From Neoconidiobolus thromboides FSU 785 (lineage: Eukaryota; Fungi; Entomophthoromycota), in assembly GCA_025603075.1 (NCBI GenBank), contig MU626286.1:1-64000 (forward strand): a stretch of 64,000 nucleotides of DNA. The letters are read 5' to 3'. The stretch's first letter is position 1. The number at the start of each line of letters is the position of its first letter. A program made the position numbers and the translations under genes. Below, in pieces: positions 47,264-62,600 of the stretch. Under the pieces are notes generated by a model. It worked only from the letters and a program-made list of their open reading frames with translations, was not told where the DNA came from and did no database searches.

Positions 47264-47758
47264 ATTTATTAAGTAATAATCAAAAATTACTAACATATAA
47301 AAAAGGAGAAATTCAAACTAATAGCTAAAAAATAAAAATTATCTTCCCATTTATTATAAATAAAAATATAACATATTTTAATCTTTTTTATTATTATTAA
47401 ATTTTAAATGAGGAGAGTATAAGTAATAAAAGCATATTTTGATATAATTTAATGTATACAATAATATGATACGTTAGTAGTAACAATGGAATAGAATAGA
47501 ATAGAATCCAATAACATAAAATAGCACTCAAATATATAATATGGTTTAATATAATATAATGATAATAATACTATTTAAATTAAGAGTACTTTTGATTTTT
47601 TTCAACTCATCCAAATTTTAAAAAAAATGAAATAAATCAAAAACATTCTCAAAGCAAACAAGCTAAAATAATAAGAACAGTAAATATAATACAATTAAAT
47701 CACAATATAAACTATCAACTTTTTTTAATATTTAATTTTAATCAGATAAGAAACTCTT

Positions 47759-48922
47759 CTAAAACCGAACACCTTTCTAAAAAAAATAATAAGTAAAGCC
47801 CCAAAAATAACTAAAAAAACATATTACCGCTTCCAACAAACCAAGTGCAGATTTATAGCCAAAATGAGTAATTTGAGTTAACTAAATAGTAATAACAACA
47901 AACATTTAATAAACAAACTTTAATTATAAAAATAGCAGCAACTTACATCTTCAGCTAATAATTTAACATCATTGATTTCCTTCATTCGATCTTTTAAAAA
48001 CATTTCACTTAATTGAAAATCTTCTGACAAATCTTGAAACATGAATAGTTCTATTAAAAACAAAATTCTTGATTAATTTTACATCCTTTCAAAAAAGTTT
48101 ATAAATCCTAATAAAACTTACCTGTACTTGTATAGACCATAGCTAATCCAATTCTTTTTTTATACCATTCCATCTAATTAAAAGAAATTTATTAAAAACT
48201 CACTATCAACTCCGTCAATAATGATAATCCTCTTCCTTACATTAAAGCTTTTATCTCCTGATTTATATTGAATTTCATTCATTAATACTTTAAGTTGTTC
48301 TAAAGCCATAGAGCTACCATTGATAGAAGCAAAATGAGCAAATGCCTAATTTGATTTATGATTTATTTAAAAGAAGAGTAATAATTAAAATTTGAAAGTA
48401 AATAAACTTACCTCTGGTAATACTTTAATATATTTTTTATTGTAACTTAATCGATTCCAACATAGATATTCCAATTTTTGTTCTTGTGTCATACTAAAAG
48501 AGGGTTTATCAGTAAATCATCTTTATATCTTTACCATTATCTCCATTTTTATTAATTCGAAATAAATTAATAAGCTTACCTTTTTAAAACCTCTTCTTCC
48601 ACCTTTACTACACTTTCTTCTTTTGCTTTTGTTAAAAAATAATCCAATAATTCCACTTCTGGATGTCGAAAAATTCCCATAGTTACTGATGGATAATTTA
48701 ACTCTTCTAATCCATGTCGAATACTTTGTTGAGTGAAACCATATTCTTTTGTAAAAGCCAAACTTCTCTTTAAGATTTCAGTTCGGATGGGGACGATTGT
48801 TGAGGCACTAAAGAGATTACTATTTTCTACTTTAATTACAATTGAAGTTGGGATTGTTACCTGGTATAAGTCCTCTTGGTTAATTGGGATGCTAACTTTA
48901 TCGGGCTCAAGAGTTTCGACAT
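47759..48922 (-). CDS. COQ9: Ubiquinone biosynthesis protein Coq9; multi-exon
   Basis: Mitochondrial targeting-like MSKLLSPIKLASQLTKRTY; EYGFTQQSIRHG; EIQYKSGDKSFN|MEWYKKRIGLAMVYTST|ELFMFQDLSEDF. Confidence 0.85.
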
Positions 48923-49567
48923 ATTTTGAATTCTAGTTCTAAAAATTTGATGAATAAAAAAAGGGATATAAGATTGGATGACTTTTTGATCTTTTGTATT
49001 GAATAAAACCGTGAGTTTTTTTTGATAAAATAGAGTTGGATTGCATAAATTAATGGCTTGCAATTTTTGCTCATTTTTTCAAAAAAATCAAATTGACTTA
49101 ACTTTCAAGAATTTGAAAAAACTCAATTCAATCGAGAATTTAAAAAGGCTACTATTGGTTAACTCAGATATTGTGACATAACTAAAAAAGAGACACTTAA
49201 GAAAATTCTTGAAGATTTTAAGGGTCTATTGGATTATAGTATTACAATGAAAAAAATAAAAAGAATAATAACAAGATAAAAATTACAAGAAAACGTATAC
49301 AAAAACATTAGTAATATATTATAATGGCATCAATCTTTATATAGAAAATTTCAATAATAATAGAAACTAAAGAGCAGCAAATTTAAATAATCGATTTGTT
49401 TCATTTTAAATTAAACCAATCAAAATAATTCCAATAATGACTATTAAATTACCTAACTTCAAATTGAAAAGCCCCCCCATCTTTACTTGTCTTTATAATA
49501 AAAAAGAGACAATATTATATTTAATTCATTAATATCAATCTAATCTAATCTTAATTTGACCAAAATC

Positions 49568-50482
49568 ATGGGAGCCGTAACCAGTGCGCCAGTAGAAGAG
49601 AGTAGCCCACCTCGAAGCAATCGAAAGAAATGGATGGAAGAATTGAGTAAAAGAAAACCAGAGTTTAATAAATTAAAATTACATCAAATGGCCTTGCCAG
49701 GAACCCATAATTCAGCTACTTATCATATTGAACATAAATACAATTATACATCAGAATTAGCACGGTGTCAACAACATGATGTTTTAACTCAATTAAATTC
49801 AGGTGTTAGAGTATTGGATTTAAGGATTTGTGATGATTGTTCTGAAGGCGTATTAAAGATATCTCATCGATTTCATGGTGTTAATTTAGGTGAGGTGTTG
49901 CATCAAATTTATACATTTTTATCCGATAATCAAGGTGAGATTGTGTTGGTTAATATTAAAAAGGATTTTGATAGAGAGCTTTCAGAGGAGGGGATAAAGA
50001 AAGCAAGTGAAATGATCAAAAATTATTTTGGTAGCATGATCATCGATAATTTTAAAGTATATGAATTTGGTTATGAAGAATTAATATATAAAAAATTAAG
50101 AATTCATTTTTTTTCTGAAACATTAGAAAAAGAGATATCTGTATCCGAAATAGAAACTACTTGGTGTCATAGTAATTCATCAGAAATTGAAGAATTAATG
50201 TTTAATATTGAAAAACATTATCATTCGGATAAAATTAATACATTCAAAGCTTATGATTGTTATTTAACAGCTACAATTGAATCCATTACTAAATGGTCTT
50301 TAAAAAATATTAATTGGCATCAATTACAAAAGGATACAAATTATAAGGTATTAGATTGGTTACAAAAGAAAACTGAAGATAATAAGGAACATAAAATTAA
50401 TATCATATTTTTAGATATGATTAATCAAGACCTTATTGATTTTATTATTTTACTTAATCCTAATCGAAATCCTCCAAATTAA
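49568..50482 (+). CDS. PI-PLC X-domain protein (PLCXD / bacterial-type PI-PLC fold), intronless
   Basis: LPGTHNSATY, CQQHDVLTQLNSGVRVLDLR, ISHRF, GEIVLVNIK. First ATG gives MGAVTS. Confidence 0.88.
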   Translation: MGAVTSAPVEESSPPRSNRKKWMEELSKRKPEFNKLKLHQMALPGTHNSATYHIEHKYNYTSELARCQQHDVLTQLNSGVRVLDLRICDDCSEGVLKISHRFHGVNLGEVLHQIYTFLSDNQGEIVLVNIKKDFDRELSEEGIKKASEMIKNYFGSMIIDNFKVYEFGYEELIYKKLRIHFFSETLEKEISVSEIETTWCHSNSSEIEELMFNIEKHYHSDKINTFKAYDCYLTATIESITKWSLKNINWHQLQKDTNYKVLDWLQKKTEDNKEHKINIIFLDMINQDLIDFIILLNPNRNPPN

Positions 50483-50544
50483 TAATATGACTGGAATGTT
50501 TTTTATTATTTATATTATATAAAAGAAATAAAAAAATTAAATTT

Positions 50545-50630
50545 TATTAATTTATTATTATTATTATTATTATTATTTATTATTTATTATTATTATTATT
50601 ATTATTTATTATTATTATTTATTTATTGTT
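50545..50630. repeat. (TTA)n / (TTTA) microsatellite
   Basis: Run of TTATTATTA with occasional extra T. Confidence 0.9.
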
Positions 50631-50767
50631 TTATTCATAAACTTTAAATTTAGAATTTTTAAACTATATAAAACCTGAAAATCAAAATTGAAAATTAACC
50701 AATAAAATTGTACCAAGGGGTAGTGAAATAAAACCATTATTAAATTTTAAAGCCATCAAATTAATAA

Positions 50768-52243
<1,476 letters not shown>

Positions 52244-52335
52244 AAGTACAAATTATTATAATCAGTATTATTATTAGTATAATAAAATGAAATAATAACA
52301 ATAAAAGAAATATTCTATCTTTCTTTATTTTTATT

Positions 52336-54970
52336 TTAATCTATATTAATAATAGCTTGATATTGAGTTAATATTAAATTAGCACACTTTTTTGTTAATG
52401 AAATTAATTGTTGGTTGGTATGAGTAGTGATAATATCTAATATATATAATTAATAATAAGATAGAATAATTGAACAAATAATTAGTTACCTTGACAAATA
52501 TTAAGTATATTTTCAATATTTAAAAAATAAATATCATTAAATTTAATATTTAAAAATATCTTAGATAACATTAATATACACCAATATAAGATAGTATCAT
52601 TATTAAGTTTTAACCAATAATTTAGAATCAAATTAAATAATTTCAATTTAATAATTTCATAATTAGGATGATATTTTAAACTTAATAAGATTGTATAATT
52701 TAATTGTAATAATTTATTTAATATTATTATAGATATGTTATTCTTTTGTATTGTTATTTGTGTATTATTATTTAATTGATTTATTAATGGAAGAAATATA
52801 TGCTTATAAATACCTTGTTTTAATTTATTATTATTATTATTTGTTAAAATACTTTTATTATTTGTTTGATTCAATAAAATATTTTTACTTTTCCATTTTA
52901 AATTACCAATTTGATTATTATTATTATTATTAATCGTTTGTTGCTGTTGCTGTTGCTGTTGTAAATTATCAATACTATTAATTAAATCAATTAAACCATC
53001 TACTGCTATTAAAGTATTAAATAGATTTAATTTATCTTCTAAAATAAATTGTAAATAAATATCAATACAAGAATAAAATGACTTTTTTAGTATATAAACT
53101 ATCATTTCTTTTCTTAATGCTAATTCCTCTTCTCTTTTTTTGTCATCATTATTTTCCAATTTTAATAGTATTTTTATTAATTGTTGGCTTTCTTTATTTA
53201 ATTGTTGTAAATCACTGTTATGTATTATTGATTTCATATGTTGAATAGCTAATTGATTATATTCAACATTTTCTTTTTCTTTAAAGTATTCGATCAATTC
53301 AACTAAATTTCTAAAATATAAAATATTAATTATTATTAATATGATTGTTGTTTACATTTACCTTGGTTCTTTAATTAAATTATTATTATTATTATTATTA
53401 TTTAATATAGTGTTAATATCAATTTCACTTTCTATTTCTTCATCGGAATCAAATGGGTCATTATCTTCTTTATTATTTATAATTTTAATTTCATTATCAT
53501 TTAAGCTCTTATTCTCTATATTCTCTATTTTAATATTCTCGTCTTTACCAAATAAATATTCATAATAAATTAAATTGTTATTATTAAATAATTTAAAATT
53601 TAATTCCAATTGTAATTTATTATTATTAATAAATTTTAATAAAATAAAGTAATTATATTTAATAAAATTATTTGGTTGTTCCATTATTTTAATAAAAAAC
53701 GTATTAGTTAAACTAGAACTTAAATTAATATTTGAATTTTGTTTAATTGATTTAAATAATACAAAATAGATTTGATTCATGAAATTATAATCATTTAATT
53801 GTTGAATTGTAATGCTATTAAGTATTAACTCGATTAATTGACTAACATTGTTACTATTTGATGAATTCTTAAATAAATAACTCATAAAATTGACTAATAA
53901 ATTCACTATTTTTAATTTGAAATTTTCTTTCATAATAACTTTAAATAGCCCGTTTTTAAATAGGTGTTCTTGTACAACATCTTTTTTATCTTTTAATTCA
54001 TAAAACAATCCTATTATTATACTATTATTAATATTCTTATCATCAAATTCATTTTGGTTTAATAATCTTTCAATATCTTCTTCTTTTTCTTCTTCTTTAT
54101 TATTGCCCTTTAATAAATTTAAAATCATTAATATTAATTCAATGTTAATTAATTTAAATTCCTTGATTGCTAATATTGATCCTAAACATTCACCTTTTTG
54201 TTGTTTTTTTATATTGTTGATGAAACCATCGAGAAATAAATCTATAGAATAAAACATTATGAATAGAAAATAGAAAATAGTAATTATTTATACTTACCCA
54301 AATATCTCAATCGATGTAACTTTAATATAAAATAAGTAAATATTGGTTGACAGTTTTGGTAATCTTGTACAAAATAAGTACTTATTTTATTTCCCAAAAG
54401 TTTAAAATAAGTCCTATTTAAAACAATCAACATTAACGGTAATAGCCATATTATCTTCACAATCTTAAGTTACCTTTTATTACCAAAACTCCATTTTTCA
54501 TTTACAAAAATATTCCAACTGCATACTTTATCTGTTAAAAACGCTAATGTATCTGTTAAAGCAATAACAAAACTTTTGTTTTTTTTATTCTTTTCCAAAA
54601 TAGCTTCAAATTCTATATTAATCACTATTTGATTCAATAGATACAAACAAGTGGTTATTATCCTTTGTGATTCTTTTTCTTTTAATTGTAGTTTAATATA
54701 AAATAATAGGTTATTAATACTAAAGAGTATTAATTTATCATGGACGAAGTATGATTCGATGATTTTAATTCTTTTTTCAATCGAGTCCTTACCATCTTTT
54801 AATGAATCCTTAAGTTGAAATAGTAATATATTATGAAATTGAGTAATCCATTTAGTTTGTATGTCCCCTTTTACTATAATTTCGAATGTAGAATCTAATA
54901 GTTTCCAAGCTTCTTGTTGTTTATCATTTTCAAACAATTGATTTAATAAGTTAAATTTATCTTCTAGCAT
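52336..54970 (-). CDS. Large Asn/Leu/Ile-rich protein of unknown function (multi-exon, probably alpha-helical)
   Basis: Three long same-strand ORFs (172, 299, 271 aa) linked by GT-AG introns, plus a short terminal exon. No recognised motif. Confidence 0.65.
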
Positions 54971-55069
54971 GGTTAGAAAAAAATACAAAAGTGAAATTCT
55001 TAAAAAGTGCCATTTTCAAGTTCAATCATTGCATTTTTTCATTTTTCATTTTTTCAACAATCTATACAA

Positions 55070-56352
55070 ATGCATCGCTTTTTCGGTAGTAGTAAACCAC
55101 AATTAGATAAACCTAATTTACAATCAGCAATCAAAAATGTAATTATCATATAATCTTATCTACTTTTACCAACCAACTAACCAAACTGACCTCTCTTCTT
55201 TTTCTAGGCAGATGAAAGAGTGAGTGGTATTGATTTAAAGATTAAGAAATTAGAAGCGGAATTAATACGCTATAAAGAACAATTGAGAAAGCTACCTAAT
55301 GGATCAACAAGAGTAAGTAAGATTTTTCAAGTTAAATAAAAAAAGTAGATGGAGTTTTGTTTCATACATTGTGCTTTGAGATTAACTTTACTTTTTTTAA
55401 AATAGAATAATGTGCAACAGAAATGCACAAAGTTATTGCAGCAGAGGAACATGTAAGTTTAATATATTAGCAAACAAATAAATTAGTATTAATTTTTTAT
55501 TTTAGGTACAATAGACAAAAAGAGCAAATTGAAAATCAAATATTTAGTATGGAACAAACAGAATTTACTACAGAAAATATCAAAAATAGTATAACTACAG
55601 TTAAAGCTATGAAGGAAGCTAGTAAAGAATTAAAAAGGGAATATAAAAAAGTGAATGTAGAACAGATTGAAGTAAGATTAAACTATTTTTTGTTTTATCA
55701 TTAATATTATTATTCTACAAAAATCATAACGATATAACAAAAAAAATAGAATAAACAAAATTCAGATAGTTTGTTTTATTTTTACTAACCAATTTATTAT
55801 TTTATTGCTATAAACAGTCATTACAAGATGAATTAGCTGATCTCATCGAAGACTCTTCATATATTCAAGAAGCATTAGGTAGAGGGTATGAAGTGCCAGA
55901 TGATATTGATGAATCCGAATTACAAGCTGGTAAATTCATTATGTTTCTTTACTTCTATCATAACAAAAAGAATTAAACTAAATCAAATGATTAAACAAAA
56001 CCAATGAATACTACCATTGAGAATAAATACTAATGACAATAATAGAATTAGATGCCTTGGGTGATGAATTAACTTTTGAAGAAAGTGAAGGTATTCCTAG
56101 TTATTTACAAGAAAATGACGACAAAATGCCTGAGTTTTTGGATGAATTAAATCAATTAGAAACTGAATTGGTAAGTTCAATTAATCCTTATTTAATTGGA
56201 ACATTATATTTATCTATATTTCTTTTATCTAGCCTAATTTAGAACAAAAGGCAGGAGGTAAGTGGATTCCTATAACAGAAAGTGTTTTTGAATTAATTGA
56301 TTAATTTATATTAGATAATAAACTGGAAACTAAACCAGTAAAAGCGGATTAA
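55070..56352 (+). CDS. VPS60: ESCRT-III-associated Vps60/CHMP5 (Snf7 family); multi-exon
   Basis: MHRFFGSSKP, IDLKIKKLEAEL, QIFSMEQ, TVKAMK, LQDELADL....[31 protein letters not shown]. Confidence 0.92.
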
Positions 56353-57029
56353 TTAATTGATGTCATGTAAACTAGTAGAAGCATAGTTGTTAAGTAGCAC
56401 TCAATGACTTTAAATAAATAAATGAAATCTATGACTTTTATTATCAGACTAAATAAATATAATACAAATACACGCAGATATAAACTATTGATAATATGAT
56501 AACTAATTCAATGTTATTTAGATATCAAATAAATTAGCTACAGTATGCTCTGATTTATCTAATTAGAATCCAGTACCGATTGTATTAGTTGAATAGGAAT
56601 AATTAAGTTTAAATACAAAAAGAGATATGAATAGTATTAAATAAAATTTATTTAGCAAAATTTTGATAATATAATATAGCAATTAGTTGCTTCTCTTTGT
56701 CTCTTATCTGTTCTTCAAATAGGCTGGCATAATTAAACTTTCTTTGGTTTTTTGATTATATTAAGCAATATTGATTTTTTTAGTTCTCATTTAATAATTA
56801 AATAAAATTAATTGTAAAGCACAGTTGCTATGTTTGGCTTCTTGAGATAATTTACAAATGTTGAAGTTACTTTGATTCAGCTGGTACTAATAATGTTAAA
56901 TTAGCTTTTAAATTTAAATTTAGGATTGTTATTTCATAAAAATTCGCTACTCCCAAAACTTACAAATTAGGAAAGCAACTCAAAAATCTAAATAGTTGAT
57001 AGAATGCTGGCTTAAATGTATGAGTTTGG

Positions 57030-57134
57030 ATATGAGGATGTATTTTTTATTTAAAAAATTTACTAACAATCTTTCCACTCGCAAATAGTGTTTAAAAAGT
57101 AGAGAAGTAATGAAATAAAGAAACATCTTCATAT
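57030..57134 (+). mobile_element. MITE copy 18 (diverged)
   Basis: ATAT-GAGGATGTATTTTTT...ACATCTTC-ATAT plus core TACTAACAATCTTTCCACTC. Confidence 0.82.
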
Positions 57135-57239
57135 ATTTAATATTTTCATAATTAACTTACTATTGGTAATAAAATATCCTTTTTGATTAAATCTTTTTTA
57201 TCAGAAATTTCTTTAATATCTAAATTAATAGTAAGAAAA

Positions 57240-58225
57240 ATTATAGTATAAATATCAATTTGTAAAGAGAACATCTTAAGATATTGTTTACTAAGGGAAT
57301 TTTTTTGGTTATAGTTATATTAGTTGATGTTAATTTAGAAAGTTTTGTTAAAAGAACATTGTAATTTTCTTCGTTATAGCTTGCTTCTAAAATTTTGATT
57401 GTCTCATGGCTGTTTTCATCTATTACTAAATCAAAACCTCTTATGTTTGTTGCCTTTATGCTTTTGAAATTATTATAATCTCCAAGGTAATCTTTAATAA
57501 AATTTAAATTAAATCTCCCATGTAACTGCAATTCTATGTTGGAAATAAACTTATCTTACGCTTTATTTTGTTGAATGGTTTATCTTGCTGCATTCAAATT
57601 TAACTTTCTTTAACTTTTTAAATATCTCTTTAAGTTCATTTAAGCCACTGAAGTTGAAATCATAAAGAAGATCTATACGAAGTAAACTAGGATGACTTGG
57701 ATTCACATTTTTAACACAGTTTTGGAAATTGCATTAGGACTTTCAATTCTTGATTGCTCTAGTTGACTTAAAATGTTTCTAAAAACTCCAAAATAATAAT
57801 ATAATTTACACTCAAAATTCTTAACCTTTTAAGCTTTGAGGGAGTTTTAATTGTATAATATTGGCGCTGGTACCATTTTGAATATTTACGCTATTCTTAT
57901 AAATTTTATCATAATCCATTGAGACATTTGGGCAGTTGTGTTTAGATACTTGACATTTATGTGATACATGAATGATTTCTCCAATAACAAGCCATCCTTC
58001 TTAATAGATTTTTCTTGATGTACCCATGGTTTATTAACCCTGACATTATTATAAAAGGAATGCCTTAAATTATAATCAATGGGTTTATCAGCTATCAGCA
58101 TCTTTCTCAATGCCTTTATTTGACAAATAGAGTTTAAACAAGCCATCTGGCTCAGAGAATTTAAATACATCTTCTAGAACCTGCGTAGATAGGAATTTCA
58201 GCCTAGGAGATGGCTTTTATTTTTC
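57240..58225 (-). pseudogene. Decayed F-box-like/LRR-like gene, family copy 3
   Basis: YNLRHSFYNNVRVNKPWVHQEKSIKKDGLLLEKSFMY aligns with copy 1 CNLVYSIYNWYGLKEYWTYQEKFIRENRPLMKHTSMY. Upstream LEDVFKFSEPDGLFKL lies in another frame. Confidence 0.55.
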
Positions 58226-59661
58226 TATATGGCAAATTAGTAAGAAAAAAGAATTATTTTTAGTTTAGATTTGTTAAAATGGTATCAAAATTTTAAACTT
58301 ACATTTTACATGAAAAATATCATTGACTGAAAATGGAAAAGGAAAATGGAAAAGGAAAATGGAAACGTAACGGGCTAAAAGATAGTATGATTGGTTAAAA
58401 AGCAATATAAGAATATAAATGGTTTGCTTCTGAAAGTAATCTTTATTTAACTTTATTTACTTTATTTTAGCAAAGGAGTTATTTAATAAAAATTTAATGT
58501 CAGCTGGAAGTCAATGTTTGAACAAACAAAAATAGATGGAATGAAATTGATAGTAATAGACTAAATAAAAAGGGTAATTTAACTACTTCTTTTAAGCAAT
58601 CAAAGCAGGAGACTTCTAATAATTTCATTATGGATACTTATGTTTTATTATTGATTCTATTGTACCTTGCTGTTGTTTTTATATAACAAATTAAATGACT
58701 TTCAACTTTCAACTTTTTTTCGAATATTTATTATGTTTTTATTTAATGTCATCTTAAATAAATTTAGCCAGAAGTCAAAAGACGAGCTAAAGAAGGTTGT
58801 TCTCCTAATTACTACTATAATACACTTCAAAAATAGCTTTTTTAGTTTAAGCTCATCAATACAATAATAGTTAAGAAAAATAATTAGTTAAAACCAAAAA
58901 TAATAAAATTATAACAAATCCATCTAAATTGGGTTTAATATATAAAAAGGACAGGTATCGCATTTTTTACAGAAATAATCTTTAGATGCATAGGTATTAA
59001 ATTATGTAACAAAAGTAGTTCTATATTATTGTCAAATTTTGATCGATTTTTACTCACTATTAATCATTGAAAATCTAAGCCTAGTAGTTAACTGTTTTCA
59101 TTCATTGTATTTTAACCCTTCGTATACGATAGACGAACTATACTTTTTTGTTAAAGCTTGGTTATGGCACGTTTAACTTGTCTAATTTGGACTCTAAGCA
59201 AAAATTCCAGTTCAATCAAACTTTTTAAAAAGTTTGATATCTAAAGGGTTACAAAAAAAATACAAATGCAACATTTATAGCAAGCATTTTTATACAAAAC
59301 AAGTTTACACAAATGTACTTAAGAAACTAGACATTTCTTGACCAAAAATTGCTATTAAAAATACATCGTATAGCATAATACATTCATTGAACTTATAATT
59401 TTTTTTCAAGTTTTAACAAATTAATAAAGCGATTTTGAAATATCAATGATATTTTCATGATTTAAGTAGCTGTATATTTTTTAAAGTATCACTATTGTTG
59501 AGTTTTTTAAGAAGTAATATACCATGATGTATAAACTCTAAGAGAATCCGCTTTTTTATATAATGAAATTAAATAAGCATAAATATAGGTATAAATTTCA
59601 TTAATAAAATGCTATATATTTAGTAAAAAATTGATATAGAATGGAAAAATAAAGGAGAACC

Positions 59662-62600
59662 TTAATGTGGAATACCTAAATCATAGATTAACTTCAAACG
59701 AGACAAAAATAATGGAATATAAGACTTACCATTAGTAGCAAACTGGAAGGAATCATAGAGTACAGTACGTTTATTGCCATAAGATTCACTGATCCTAGCA
59801 ATCATAAAATCTGCAGCTGCTCGTTCTGATTTGTCTAGTTGAAAACGCCATCTTAAATTTTTGATAGTATTTTCTCCTAAAATAATGAAAAAATTATATT
59901 AATTAAATTCAACCATTATCAACTCTGTTTTTACCTTTAAAGCATGGTAAACCAGAATCCAACATCAATTGAACTACTTGAATAATTTCATTGGCATAAG
60001 GTCTAATTGAAAAGTTAAAAAATAAGCGCTTCGATCTCAATTAAAGTAATAAATCAAAATTACCTAATAGCAAGATAGGCCTTAATGCATAATTCAGTAA
60101 ACCAACGATAAGGCTGGGAAGTAGAAGAACCACCCATAACTTGTATCATTTCAGTAGTAAGCTTAAAAGGTGAACTTTCAAAGTTAATGCCACCAGGGGA
60201 TATCTCTAATATAAAACCGAAATCTGATTTATATCGCTAGCATTAGTACAATCCAGTTATTATTAAACTATAAATTACCTATATGAATAGTATGTCCATC
60301 CTTATCAATCATAATATTACCATTATGACGGTCTTTGATTTGTAAGATATAAGAAACCACAGAATAGGCTGCTACACTTTGAACATACGCATTTCTGGCC
60401 TTTATTTTTATTTAGAGTTTATCACAAAAATTAAATATAATAAATTACTTTTTGATAATCAATTGAATTATAACCACCATAAGTAGCAAGGAAATAACTA
60501 AAATAAATTAGAAGAATTCAAATAAACTACCGTTTCATTTCTTACTTATTAAGGTCATTAACCTTTTCCCTACCAAGCTGATCTCTAGAAATAGAATTGG
60601 GAATAGCATCAATAACACCACACTAAAAACAAACCAGAGTTAAAACCATTGTATTTACAAATAATAAACTTACTCCAGGTGAAGTAGCCACAATACGATA
60701 AGGGAAGAGATAAAGATCCAGTCCAAAATTAGAATAAATATTTTTAAAGATAGCTATTAATTGTAAAGCTAAAACGTCTTGTCTACAATCATCCCCTACT
60801 TTAAAGACAGCTGATTGCCAAACATCTTTATAAAGTGGTGCTTTTTCTTTTTCTTTTTCTTCTTCTAATTCTTCTGGTGTTTCATTGATGATTTCGACTT
60901 CTTTACGTATTTTAAATGTGGCCATAAAAGGCGCCTAAAATAAAATTAGATTTAATTAAGTTGATATCAAGATAATTAGCAATTACTTTAGCATGAGATT
61001 GTAAAGGTCTTCCTGATTTATAGTCAATATCAATGACTTGGCCTTCTGGATTACTAGGTAAATATACTCCAACTTCCACTTTAATTTTTTTCATTTCCTC
61101 ATCAATTTTTTTCTGAAAGAATATATCTTTAGTTTTATATAATATTACAACCATGTTTCATTTACCTTTTTTTCTTCCTTTGGTTTTTTAATGTATGGTT
61201 TCAAAATACCTGAAATACCTGTTACTTTATTAAAAAACTCGAACTCCTTATTGTAAAACTCTTTATCAGCACCAGATAATTGATGTACAATTTTTTCAAT
61301 AATCATTTCTAGTTTTTCCTTAATGACATCTGGTTCTCCTGTCGTTTCATTACGTAAAAAGTTCGCCTTCATATTCCATATAATCTGGTGTGCAAATAAT
61401 TGACTCACCCTTGCCGCATCTAATATGAATTTCTCGACATAACCGAGGCGATCATAACGTAAAGCTTGTACCGTTTGTGGGATGTAAAAGAATACTACAT
61501 CCACTGGATGGTAGTGTAATACCCTCATCGAATATTGTAAGATGTAAGGGTCGTCATTGGCTATGGTAGCTAAAAAGGAAGCTGCTGATATGGGTGGTAC
61601 TGGGGCCCAATAGAGAAGCCACTGTAGATATAATAAGTATAAAAATAACACCGATACCATTAAAATTTACCTTATGGAACAGTGGATCAATAATTTTACG
61701 CTGAGACAAAAAGTAATTTAAAGCTTCACTATAGCTGGTAACTTTAATAGGATCCTTTAAAATTAAACCTTGTAATTCAGTTTCTATTACAGATTGTTTA
61801 AAACGATCATGAAGATGCAAGGCTAATTTAGGATTAATATCCCATGCTAATCGGATCGCCATCCTCCAACTATCCTATAATGCGAGATATATATGTTAAA
61901 TCATTTTTGATTAACTAATTATTATACTCTTTACCTCAGTCATGAATTTTTCAATATTGTTGATACCATCGGATTGCATAGGATCAGTAGCAGTAGGAAC
62001 TGGATGATTTAAAGTCCTAAGACGACTCAATTCATTTTCAGTTAACAATTGTAATAATCGACGGCTCTTTTGAAATTGTAAAATGATTTCTTCTTTTGAT
62101 TTATCTAAAATAAATCGATCATTGGCTTTGGCTGATTTAAACTCATTGGTATCATTGAACAAAATTGATAAGCTAGAATTCTCTCTACTGCTTGCTTTAG
62201 TCAAATCTAATAAATTCATATTTAAGATCTCAGTATCCATATCCAAACTTTGTTTAAATCGTGCCATCATATTAAATTCATCTATACATAATTGTTTATT
62301 TCCAGAACTATTCCATCTAATAAAATAATAAATAGTAAGATTTCTATTCTTTTGCTATAAATATAAATTTTTTACCTTGGAGGAGTCATAAACCATGCAA
62401 AAGCAAATCCATAAAGTTCACTACGGAATCTAGTTTCATAAATTGGATCCAAATTATTTTTTCTCAACATTTTAAGTCCTAATAATAATAATCGAAAGCG
62501 AGGTTCTCTAGCCACTGGATTGGTAGTAGTATCCTTTGCATTTTTAAATGTGATAAGTAAAATACGCGCAATAATCTGTAAGATTTCTGGATTCGTATTT

